Shown here piece by piece: positions 10,033 through 19,114 of a DNA stretch of 35,253 bases (position 1 is its first letter; every line of letters starts with the position of its first letter). Both the position numbers and the translations under genes were made by a program. Below the pieces are notes generated by a model, which had not been told where the DNA came from, ran no database searches, and saw only the letters and a program-made list of their open reading frames with translations. The stretch comes from Vulcanimicrobiota bacterium. GTDB lineage: Bacteria; Vulcanimicrobiota; Vulcanimicrobiia; Vulcanimicrobiales; Vulcanimicrobiaceae. The stretch is taken from assembly GCA_963786105.1 (NCBI GenBank), contig CAWAXX010000019.1, positions 1 to 35,253 on the forward strand, in the 5' to 3' direction.

Positions 10033-10696
10033 CTAAGGCAATGGAAGTAGCGAGGTGGTATTCGACGTCGTCGACTGTGACGACGTTTCGGGTACGCCCG
10101 ACGTCACCAGCTGCCGGTAGAGAATAAGATGGTTTCCGTTCTTGACGGTGTCGAGCTGGAGCTCGTAGCTGCGCTTGATCGCCTCCGTCAGATCATTGGC
10201 GTCAAACGTATAACTGAATCGCTTGAGGTTTCGCAACAAGAGTTTGTTCGTGACGTCGAGCTGCTCGTAGGAACGGGCGAGGGCAACCCCCGCCTCCCGA
10301 TAGCTCGGATAGTTCGAAATGACGATCTCCCGTTTGAGGCGCGCCTGGTCGATCGTCCTTTTGAGCGCGGCGAGCCGAACGCTCTCCGGGTTGACGACTA
10401 GACCGTCGTTGATGGTCGCCAGCGCACTGTCGAAGGCGCCCTTAGCATACTGCGGCCTGCGCGAACGCCGCGGCGGCTCGCACGTATCCGGCTTGCGCTC
10501 GCGGATCTTTCGGGTCGACGCGCAGCGCCAGCCGGTACGACAGTTCCGCGTCGCTGACGTCCCCGCGCTGGAGCGCGATTTCCCCCTGGTGCACGCGCGT
10601 GTCGACGATCCACTGCTGGATCGATCCGGCACATCCCGCCAGCCCGAGCGTCAAGGCCAGGGAGACGGCTATGCTACGCACTCGCATGGGCTTCAT
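10033..10696 (-). CDS. Putative TPR-containing lipoprotein; one frameshift near 10450
   Basis: Lipobox LAGC after a hydrophobic stretch; TPR-like AELSYRLALRVDPKDPRA; continues in ORF 10033..10632 frame (QYAKGAFDSALATI...); ATG overlaps the amj stop (ATGA). Confidence 0.65.
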
Positions 10697-11613
10697 CCAC
10701 GGTTCACCAAATGCGCCACGACCTTGATAATTTCCGCCGCGGGCCACAGAATGAGCTGCGACAGAAGCCATCCCACGATGGCGGTAGCCGAAAGGTAAAA
10801 CACCATCGCCTTCACTTCTTCGTGCGGGCGTTCTCCTTTAACGGCCTCGTCGACGATGATCGACGAGGTAGGATCGACGAACAGCGTAAACGCAATCGTG
10901 CCGATACCGTTGATTATTCCCGATATGCCGATGGCGGTGCGCGCGACGTTGACGTCCAGGATGCTCGCGTAATACGCAGCGACCACGCCGATCGCGTAGA
11001 CGCCGGTGACGACCACGTTAAAGATCAGCAGTCGCCGCGGTATGCCGCGCGTCGAGAACGCAAAGATTTCGCGATAGTGAGGGACGCGGACACGCTGCAG
11101 AAGCGCGCCGATTACGCGCGGATCGAACATTCGCAGCATCGAATGCGGAAGCGACTTCGTACGCTCGAACGATTTTACGCCGCGCACGTAGACGTAGGTA
11201 AACATCGGCAGTAGAAGGCTCCCGATGATGGTCCCGACCGTACCGGCGATGATGATGGCGCGCAGCTGCCACTCGAACGTATGCTGTACGGCCAGGACGG
11301 CCGCCGCCCGATCCGGCGCTATCGCGTGGGACGGCAGGCGCGGCAGCAGCACTTTGATGGCGTTTCCCGCCGCGTCCGACAGCGGACCCAACATCAGCGT
11401 GTAAACGAGCGTCGCCAATCGGCTGGCCGTTACGAACAGGTTGAACAGCGAGATCGACGTCGCGATCCGCCCGGTTCGGACGCCGGCAAGCCGTGCGGCG
11501 TATGCCCCGATCTGGATGGCTTGGACGATCGCGTTGACGATCAGCGCGACGACGAGTTGCCACGTCCAGAAGGGAAGTCCGATTAAAGCTGCGCTCGCGT
11601 TAGGCAGCGTCAC
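10693..11613 (-). CDS. amj: Lipid II flippase Amj family (DUF2837)
   Basis: AYAARLAGVRTGRIATSISLFN...SRLA, SGIINGIGTI...FVDP motifs; GTG start at 11613. Confidence 0.8.
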   Translation of the reverse strand: MTLPNASAALIGLPFWTWQLVVALIVNAIVQAIQIGAYAARLAGVRTGRIATSISLFNLFVTASRLATLVYTLMLGPLSDAAGNAIKVLLPRLPSHAIAPDRAAAVLAVQHTFEWQLRAIIIAGTVGTIIGSLLLPMFTYVYVRGVKSFERTKSLPHSMLRMFDPRVIGALLQRVRVPHYREIFAFSTRGIPRRLLIFNVVVTGVYAIGVVAAYYASILDVNVARTAIGISGIINGIGTIAFTLFVDPTSSIIVDEAVKGERPHEEVKAMVFYLSATAIVGWLLSQLILWPAAEIIKVVAHLVNRG

Positions 11614-12856
11614 GGTTCCACGCGATCGCCGACTCGTCGACCGGGCCGATGATGCATAGTCCCAAGTTTTTCTCCACCAAGAGCTCGCTCGCAAGTTCCT
11701 GGACTTCGCCGGCCGTTACCGCGTCGATCCGTTGTTCGATTTCCTCCGGAGTCACGTGCCGGCCGATAGCGAACTCGTTTCGACCGAGACGAATCATCCG
11801 GCTCGACGTCGACTCCAGTGAAAGCGTCAGGTTCCCTTTGATGTGTTCTTTCGCCAAGCGCAACTCGTCGCCATCGATGCGAAGGTTGCGAACCTTGCCG
11901 AACTGCTCGACCACGAGATCGATACACGCTTGCACGTTCTCCGGCGAGGTGCCGGCGTAGACGCCGAACAGGCCGGCGGCGCGATAGGCCGCTTGGAACG
12001 AGTAGACCGTGTACACGAGTCCTCGCTTCTCGCGTATTTCCTGGAAGAGCCGGCTCGACATGCCGCCGCCTAAGATCGTGTCGAGCAGCGACAACGCGTA
12101 ACGGCGCTCGTCGCGAACCGACAGACCGCGGGTTCCCAGGACGACGTACGCTTGCTCGGAATCCTTGTGGCGGACGAGGCGGTCGGGAGTCGTATCGGGG
12201 GCCTCGGCTTCCGGCAGTGCGCACGCCCCTGCGAACGATCCAAACTCCCGCTCCACCAGCTCGACGAAGCGTTCGTGGTCGACGTTCCCAGCGGCCGCGA
12301 CCACCACCGCGTTGGGCGCGTAGTGGCGTTGCATGTGCGCGCGTAAATCGCTGGGAGTAAACCGCTCGATCGTGTCGGCGAAGCCGATGGTCGGATCACC
12401 TAAGTTTGCGCCGGACCACATCGTCTGCAAGAATAGGTCGTGGATGAGCTCGTCGGGCGAGTCATCGTACATCTTGATCTCTTCCAGTACGACCTTTTGC
12501 TCTTTGCTCAACTCCTGCGGGTCGAAAGTCGAGTGGAGGAACATGTCGGCCAACACGTTCATTGCCAACGGCGCGTGGCGGTCGATTACCTTGGCGTAGT
12601 AACAGGTGGTCTCTTTGTCGGTAAACGCGTTGAGATTCCCGCCGACCCCGTCCATGGTCTCGGCGATCGCCTTGGCGGTTCGCCGTTCGGTCCCCTTAAA
12701 CAGCATGTGTTCGACGAGGTGCGACAGGCCGCGTTGTTCCCGGGTTTCGAGCGAGGACCCGACGTCGGCCCACACGCCGATAGTGACCGACCTCACGGCC
12801 GGCATCGTTTCGGTCAAGACCCGCAGGCCGCTGGGAAGCGTCGATTTGCGGTACAT
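11600..12856 (-). CDS. M16 family zinc peptidase (pitrilysin-like)
   Basis: HLVEHMLFKGT inverted zinc motif, NAFT, LGGGMSSRLFQEIREKRGLVY. Confidence 0.93.
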   Translation of the reverse strand: MYRKSTLPSGLRVLTETMPAVRSVTIGVWADVGSSLETREQRGLSHLVEHMLFKGTERRTAKAIAETMDGVGGNLNAFTDKETTCYYAKVIDRHAPLAMNVLADMFLHSTFDPQELSKEQKVVLEEIKMYDDSPDELIHDLFLQTMWSGANLGDPTIGFADTIERFTPSDLRAHMQRHYAPNAVVVAAAGNVDHERFVELVEREFGSFAGACALPEAEAPDTTPDRLVRHKDSEQAYVVLGTRGLSVRDERRYALSLLDTILGGGMSSRLFQEIREKRGLVYTVYSFQAAYRAAGLFGVYAGTSPENVQACIDLVVEQFGKVRNLRIDGDELRLAKEHIKGNLTLSLESTSSRMIRLGRNEFAIGRHVTPEEIEQRIDAVTAGEVQELASELLVEKNLGLCIIGPVDESAIAWNRDAA

Positions 12857-12864
12857 GTAGGCTC

Positions 12865-13434
12865 CTAGCTGGCTTGTTTCTTGAAAGCTTCGCGTGCCCA
12901 TTCTTCGTCCCAGAACACGTTGCCATCGGTGGTTTTATTGGCCCGTTCCGCGACCTGCGCGGGCGATTCTCCACGCCGAGCCGTGATACTGAAAACGGTG
13001 CGCGACGTCGGCTTGGCGAGGTCGCCGCTCACGACGACGCCTTTGGCGACGTCGATCGGGACGCTCGCCCAGACATCGACTTCCTCGGCTGCAGGGGCGG
13101 CGCTGTAGGCTTTCTGAATCAGCGTGCTTACTTCGTCGACGAACTCTTCACGCGTCATTTCCGCGTGAAATTTCACTCCCCAAATCCGAATGCCAACGAT
13201 GAGATGCCGATCCAGCTCGTTAGCGGATATTTGGCTGACTTGCGCGGGCCACGTTGAGGAAAAAATGTCTTCGCCGATGTGCGTCGCGATATCCAGCCGG
13301 TTACCGGCGGCCCGCGCCGTTGCATCCAAATCCGCAACGGACGGAACTTCCGCCCGTCCGATGCCGCTTCCGAGGACGGCGGCGATGACGAAGGCGACGA
13401 TCGGGATGCTAATACGACTGCGCAAAATAGGCAC
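12865..13434 (-). CDS. Hypothetical exported protein
   Basis: N-terminal hydrophobic signal-like stretch ending GRA-E; overlaps the proS stop; compact globular remainder. Confidence 0.6.
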   Translation of the reverse strand: MPILRSRISIPIVAFVIAAVLGSGIGRAEVPSVADLDATARAAGNRLDIATHIGEDIFSSTWPAQVSQISANELDRHLIVGIRIWGVKFHAEMTREEFVDEVSTLIQKAYSAAPAAEEVDVWASVPIDVAKGVVVSGDLAKPTSRTVFSITARRGESPAQVAERANKTTDGNVFWDEEWAREAFKKQAS

Positions 13435-14872
13435 GAACCTTCGCCGGTTCGCCGCAGGCGATACAGGTCGTTTCCGTCCCACTAGCGAGCGGATACAAAT
13501 TGCGAGTGGTCGCGCCGGTCTCCGCTTTTACTTCGGCTTCACAGGCAGCGCGCATGCACCACGGAATGTCGATCATCCCAGCGCGATCGCGGCACATGGT
13601 CACGAACGTATCGCGGTCGCCGGCACGCAACGTGTGACTTTGCAGAAACGCCTTCGCCTGATCGAAAAGCGACCGCTGAATATCCTCCAGCACTCCGGGA
13701 ATCGTGCGCGCGAGCGTGTCGAGCGCGACCGTACTTTTTTGCCCGCTCTCCCCCTTAGCGCGATCCCGCCTGACGAGCACCACGGTACCCGCATCGACGT
13801 CCCTCGGACCAACGTCGATGCGAATCGGAACGCCTCGCAGGTCCCACTCGCCGTACTTCCAGCCGGGCTGCTGCTCCCGCGCGTCGACGCGTACGCGGAA
13901 TCCCGATTTCCTCAGCTCTTCGGCGGCCGCGTGGCAGACCGCTACGGCGCGTTCGTCCTGCGAGCGCACGATCGGCACAAAGACCACTTCGAGCGGAGCC
14001 ATTTTGGGTGGAATGCGAAGCCCCCGATCGTCGCCGTGCGTCATGATCAAGCCCCCCAACATGCGCCACGACATACCCCACGACGTCGTGTAAGCGTGCT
14101 TGATCTGTTGATCCGCATCGGCGAACGTAATATCGTATGCCTTCGCAAAGTTCTGACCGAGGTCGTGCGACGTCGCCGACTGAAGGGCCCGACCGTCGGG
14201 CATCAGCGCTTCGATTGAAAAGGTTTCAACGGCTCCCGGAAAGCGCTCGCTTTCACTCTTGACGCCGGCGTACACGGGAACGGCGGCAACGTTCTCGGCG
14301 AAGTCCTGATACACGTCGAGCATCTGGAGCGTTTCTTCGCGTGCCTCGGGTGCCGATGCGTGTGCCGTATGACCCTCCTGCCACAAAAATTCCATCGTGC
14401 GCAAGAACGGCCGCGTCGCCTTTTCCCATCGAACGACATTGGCCCACTGATTGATCAAGACCGGCAGATCGCGATACGATTCGATCCACTGCGCGTACAT
14501 CGTTCCGATGATGACTTCGGACGTCGGCCGGATGGCCAGCGGTTCGGTCAGCTCTTCTCGACCGCCGCGGGTTACCCACGCGACTTCGGGTGAGAATCCT
14601 TCGACGTGCTCGGCTTCCTTAACCAGCAGACTCTCGGGGATGAACAGCGGGAAGTATGCGTTCTCGTGACCGGTGGCTTTGAAGCTGGCATCGAGGTGTT
14701 TCTGCAGATTCTCCCACAGTCCGTAACCGTACGGCCGCAGTACGATGCATCCGCGCACGGGGGAATACGACACGAGCTCGGCCTTCAGGCAGACGGCGGT
14801 ATACCACGCGGAGAGGTCGGCCGACTTCGGAGGAATCTCCTTGGTGACGGCCGGCGCATCGGCTTCGGACAT
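13409..14872 (-). CDS. proS: Proline--tRNA ligase (eukaryote/archaea-like type, C-terminal Zn domain)
   Basis: HVEGFSPEVAWVT, IRPTSE, RPFLRTMEFLWQEGHT, QSATSHDLGQNF, SWGMSWR, C-terminal FAQSY. Confidence 0.96.
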   Translation of the reverse strand: MSEADAPAVTKEIPPKSADLSAWYTAVCLKAELVSYSPVRGCIVLRPYGYGLWENLQKHLDASFKATGHENAYFPLFIPESLLVKEAEHVEGFSPEVAWVTRGGREELTEPLAIRPTSEVIIGTMYAQWIESYRDLPVLINQWANVVRWEKATRPFLRTMEFLWQEGHTAHASAPEAREETLQMLDVYQDFAENVAAVPVYAGVKSESERFPGAVETFSIEALMPDGRALQSATSHDLGQNFAKAYDITFADADQQIKHAYTTSWGMSWRMLGGLIMTHGDDRGLRIPPKMAPLEVVFVPIVRSQDERAVAVCHAAAEELRKSGFRVRVDAREQQPGWKYGEWDLRGVPIRIDVGPRDVDAGTVVLVRRDRAKGESGQKSTVALDTLARTIPGVLEDIQRSLFDQAKAFLQSHTLRAGDRDTFVTMCRDRAGMIDIPWCMRAACEAEVKAETGATTRNLYPLASGTETTCIACGEPAKVRAYFAQSY

Positions 14873-14954
14873 GACCGGCCCCGTTTCGAGCGTCCGGCAC
14901 GGGCCGCCTTCAACGCTCCGGGTATCGGCGCGCTCGCGGCGAAGCGTCGGCATC

Positions 14955-15566
14955 ATGCCGAAGCGCACGCGCATTTACACTCGGACCGGCGACGACGGTA
15001 CGACGGGTTTGGTCGGCGGTCGCCGCATCGACAAGAATGCAATCCGGATCGAAGCCTACGGCACCGTCGACGAGCTTTCCAGCGCGATCGGTATCGCGCG
15101 GGCAGCCCTGCTGCCCAAGCGTGAAGCTTCGGCGCGGACGGCTCGACTCGACGCCTGGCTTGCGTGGACGCAAGACGTGCTGTTCAATCTCGGCAGCGAA
15201 CTCGCCACCTTGGTTGAAGACCGATGGGAAGGTATGCCGTTGATCGGCGCGGACGACGTCGCGGCGCTCGAGCGCGCCATCGACGAGGCTCAACCCGATC
15301 TCGCGGCGCTCGACACGTTTATTCTTCCTGGCGGTTCGACGGCAGGAGCGCAGTTGCATCTGGCCCGCACTATTTGCCGGCGCGCCGAACGCCGGCTGCT
15401 GACGTTACGCAGAGCCGACGACACGGTCTCAGCGTACACGCTGCACTATCTCAATCGCCTCTCCGACGCGCTCTTCGTCTGGTCGCGTTGGATCAACGAC
15501 GAACTCGGCGAACCGGAACACGTCTGGAACCCCAAAACCGCACCGCCTCCATCCGTGTCATCGTGA
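14955..15566 (+). CDS. pduO: PduO-type ATP:cob(I)alamin adenosyltransferase
   Basis: IYTRTGDDGTTGL, YGTVDEL, FILPGG, ARTICRRAER, YLNRLSDALF. Confidence 0.92.
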   Translation: MPKRTRIYTRTGDDGTTGLVGGRRIDKNAIRIEAYGTVDELSSAIGIARAALLPKREASARTARLDAWLAWTQDVLFNLGSELATLVEDRWEGMPLIGADDVAALERAIDEAQPDLAALDTFILPGGSTAGAQLHLARTICRRAERRLLTLRRADDTVSAYTLHYLNRLSDALFVWSRWINDELGEPEHVWNPKTAPPPSVSS

Positions 15567-15811
15567 GCGGAGACGCACCGCGTCATGCTCGAGCGGAGCT
15601 ATCGGATAGCGCGCCAGCTCGGGACCGTTCCCGGAATTCTTCGCCGGCCCGAGGGCGCTGGACGCGGAGCGGAGGCACGGATGCCGAGCGCGACGCGCCA
15701 GCCGATGCGTTTTCGCACGGAGGCGAAAACGCGAACGTCCCGAGGGCGGCGAGTAATTTCGGCAAGATCGTCCTTCGACTGCGGCGCTTCGCTCGCTCCG
15801 CTCAGGATGAC
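15557..15811. repeat. REP/MITE-like element bounded by inverted arms, between convergent genes
   Basis: gtcatcgtgagcggag (15557-15572) and gtcatgctcgagcggagc (15582-15599) versus tccttcgact...gctccgctcaggatgac (15771-15811; reverse complement of the end = gtcatcctgagcggagc). Confidence 0.7.
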
Positions 15812-15817
15812 GTAGTG

Positions 15818-18349
15818 CTAGATCGCGCGCGTTAAGACGAACACGACCTTAGCGCCCTGCAGGTTGTAGGCGTTGGTCGTAATCATCGGTTGCCCCGGAA
15901 GCGTCCCGTATAAAATTCCTCCACCGACTACGGTAAACGGCGAGCTGTAGACACTCGTTAGGTTCGTTCCGTAAAGACCGACTTCATAGCCGTTGTGGCG
16001 ATAGGCCACGTGGGCGTCGAGGGTGGCGTACGGGGTCCGATTGAGTTCGTTGTACGCACCTTCGTAATTGAGTTGCGCACCGTAAGCGAAGCCCGTTCGC
16101 GACATCGTGATCGAATCCAAGGTACGCTTTGTGCAGCGGTTGTCCGAGCGACTCTGTTCGCAGGTAACAAAGTGCCGTCTTGGATCTCGGTCGGCAACTC
16201 GCGGTCAGAAATGAGCTATCGACGCTCCATCCGGCACGCAAACGAAAGGTCTGTCCAAGTTGCTGTTCGGCTCGTAGATCGATGCCGCGATAAATACCGT
16301 TGCCCGCGTTGACCGGATAGCTCAACGGGACAAGGTAAGTGGGATGTGGTCGCTTTGACAGTGCGGAATCGGTTCACGTTAAGCTGCACTGCCGGTGCTC
16401 GCAGATTCGATCGATAGACATCGCCGTTAGATGCAACTGATGCCCGAGTGTCCGAAGATTTGCTCGCCGCCGAGATCATATTCGGTTGCGTGGTCGGGTT
16501 GTAGACTCGGATTCCCGACGAAGATGATGCCGCCGACGGGCACGTGATCTGCCGGCGGGAGCAGCGTTACGAGCTCGGTAAGCTGCGGAATCTGAAAGGT
16601 TGTGCCGATGGAGGCACGGACGCCGTATTTCCGGTTGGCGTCCAAACGATTCCGGCGCGCGGATCGAAGCTGGTCCCAAACGTGCTAAAGTTGCTGAAAT
16701 AGGTCGCCAACGAGTAGTGAATCTGACTCGACGGACTCTCCATCATAGCGCAAGCACCATCGATCGCTGCGGTCTGCGATAGACCAAGCGTATTTACCGG
16801 TACTCGTGCAGATCATTGGCCTTGCACTCCGGCCGTGCACGAGATCAGCAGTGTACTTGCCCTTGGACGTAGTTGGTATCGAGCGTTTCGGTTCCCAAGG
16901 TCGTACTTGAACGACAGCAAACCGCTAGGAAAGCGATGATCGATTTCCAAGCCAGTCGTCTCCCAACAGATCGCGCTGATTGTAGAGGTAGGGTTGCGAA
17001 TCTGTGCGCCGGGCCCGTCGACCGACTGCGAGTTGAGCGTACGTCAGGTGGCTGAACAGCAGCATGGTCGCGGGGGCGCCGTCCGTCCTTTCACCCCCCA
17101 GCGGCAGCTGAGCGTCGAAGCCGTAGTTTGCTTGGTGGGCCGCAAGCGTCGTGCCGGCAAAACTTTGATATCCTCCAAGCGGCGGAAGATCGAAAGGTTT
17201 GAGACCGCCGGTAATGGCGTCGTCTCCGCCGCCGCCCGCGAAGCCGGGCGGCGTATAGGTCGTTAAGAGGGCGGAATCGTCTTTGACAATCGACTGGTCA
17301 CGAAAATTGAGCTGCAGGTATCCGTAGCCCTGGTCGCCTCCGAGTTGATACCGCAGTTTCGTGAGCATCGAGTTCCCGAACGAGTTGCTACCGACGAATT
17401 GCGGCGTTTCGTTGCGAGCCGGCGGCGGATCCGGTGCCGGCGGCGCCAGGACCGTTTGATTGACCGAGCCGTTCGACGTCGCACCGTGGAACGACATCGC
17501 GTATCCTAAACGTCCGTCCGAGCCGGTTGCCTGTGCGGTTTCTCCGAAGCTCCCATACGAGCCGCCAAAGACGCGGAGCAGTGCGTGCGGCGTCAGCGTC
17601 GGCTGCAGCGTTTGAACGTTGATGGCACCGCCAATCGTGTTGGGACCGACGAGCGACGAAGGTGCGATTCCATAGACGAGCTGCACGTCTTGCAACGCCG
17701 CCGGGTCGAGCAGCGACAGATCGAAGTCGCCGGTGTTTCCATTATTGACTTGATGTCCGTCGATATCTACCAGCGTTTCGGTCGGATCCGGACCGCGCAA
17801 CGCAAAACTTACGGTCGCGTTGCTTCCCCCGCCGAGGGGAAGTACCGGCGTCGTCGATAACTGACTCCAAACCATTGAAGAAACGGCGGTGGTACCGCTC
17901 GCAGCGGCCGTTTGGGCGTTCAATACGACGCTCGGACCCGAGCAAGTGGACACCGTTTCGCCGGCGGTTGCCCGAACGTGACCGATGACCGTCAGCGAGT
18001 TCGTCGTCGCGCGAGAGAGCGTCAGGGCAAGCGTCGCGCTGCCCGGGACCGATCGTGACGGTCTGTTGCGAGAGCATGGCGTAACCCGGCGCCGCGGCAT
18101 GAACTGCATACGTGCCGTCGAGCCACCGCGGGGATCGAGAATCGCCCGGTCGCGTCGCTGCGCGCGGTACTGGACGCGCCCCGCCCCCGACAGGGTGATG
18201 GACGCACCGGCAATCGCGGTTCCGTCGTCGGCAACGACGGACCCGGTCACGTCGACCGTTTGGGCTGCACCTGCCGTAGAGGATACTGAAGTGATGAACA
18301 ACGCGAGCAACACGCAGAACGTGCGCGCGCGCCCGATGAGATATCTCAT
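15818..18349 (-). CDS. TonB-dependent receptor with N-terminal carboxypeptidase-regulatory-like domain; multiple frameshifts
   Basis: Signal peptide; VTGSVV..DGTAIAGASITL...SDATGRF...GTYAV; plug LRGPDP..TLVDIDG, NTIGGAIN; barrel GNPSLQPDHATEYDLG, YATLDAHVAY, LYGTNLT; pieces lie in several frames. Confidence 0.85.
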
Positions 18350-18352
18350 GAG

Positions 18353-18403
18353 GCCTTCCGTTAGCGGCTACTAGTGAATGAAGAGTTAGCCGAAAACGGG
18401 GGC
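18353..18403 (-). promoter_or_regulatory. Predicted hairpin occluding the Shine-Dalgarno (GGAAGG) of the TonB-dependent receptor
   Basis: mRNA 5'-GCC C CCGUU UU CGGCUA [16-nt loop] UAGCCG CU AACGG AA GGC-3'; pairing read by eye. Confidence 0.55.
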
Positions 18404-19039
18404 AGGCGGACCGCGCTTGCGCCCCTGCCGGGACAGGAGCAGTGCGCGGGCCATCGTGCGCGACATGCCGAAGCGGCGTTGCGCGCGCGGAAGGGATTCG
18501 GTTTCGAGCGCGAGCTCGAAAGCCGCGACGATGAACGCGGCGATCGGCGTTTCGTACTGGGCGATGACCTGCACGAACCGGCGAACCAGCCAGCCGCAGA
18601 GTCCGCCGGCAATCGCCGCGGTGCCGGCACCGAGCAACACCGAGCCGCCGAAAAGGTCGCCAACATCGTCGATCGCGCGTCCGCTCAGGAAGCTGTCGAA
18701 CGACTCCATGCCGACCAGCGCGACGGTTGCGAAGAGCGCTGCCGCGAGGGCGAAGCTCAGCGGATGGCCGAGTGAGTCGCGCACGGCCGCGAGCACCGAC
18801 GTCTTCGACGGGCAGCGCCGATCGAGTATCTCGAAGATCGAGCGCACGACGGCGACGAGGATCGCGATGCCGACGACAGCGAGCAGGAGCGCGCGCGAAT
18901 GGTGAGCGATCCCATCGTAGGTATCGCGCACCAAGAGATAGTCGCCCGCAACGTCGATGACGACGTGAGCGACGGCGGCGGCCAATGCTCCGGCCACCGC
19001 GACCAGGCATAAGCGCAGCGCCCGTTGAGTCGAACGCAT
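18386..19039 (-). CDS. Hypothetical His-containing membrane protein ending in an RGPP motif (putative arrest-peptide leader)
   Basis: ATG at 19039; about 4 hydrophobic segments; AHVVID..GDY and IAHHSR motifs; C-terminus ...RQGRKRGPPAPVFG*. Confidence 0.7.
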   Translation of the reverse strand: MRSTQRALRLCLVAVAGALAAAVAHVVIDVAGDYLLVRDTYDGIAHHSRALLLAVVGIAILVAVVRSIFEILDRRCPSKTSVLAAVRDSLGHPLSFALAAALFATVALVGMESFDSFLSGRAIDDVGDLFGGSVLLGAGTAAIAGGLCGWLVRRFVQVIAQYETPIAAFIVAAFELALETESLPRAQRRFGMSRTMARALLLSRQGRKRGPPAPVFG

Positions 19040-19114
19040 CGACCGCGACTTTGGCGAGGCGCCGCGATATCCTGCGCGGGGGAGCGAGCCTCCTTGCTTG
19101 CGAAGCCCGGCCGG

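Noticed and set aside
18350..18385. Cobalamin riboswitch ahead of the TBDR (suggested by the neighbouring pduO)
   Set aside because: The intergenic gap is only 36 nt and I see no B12-box.
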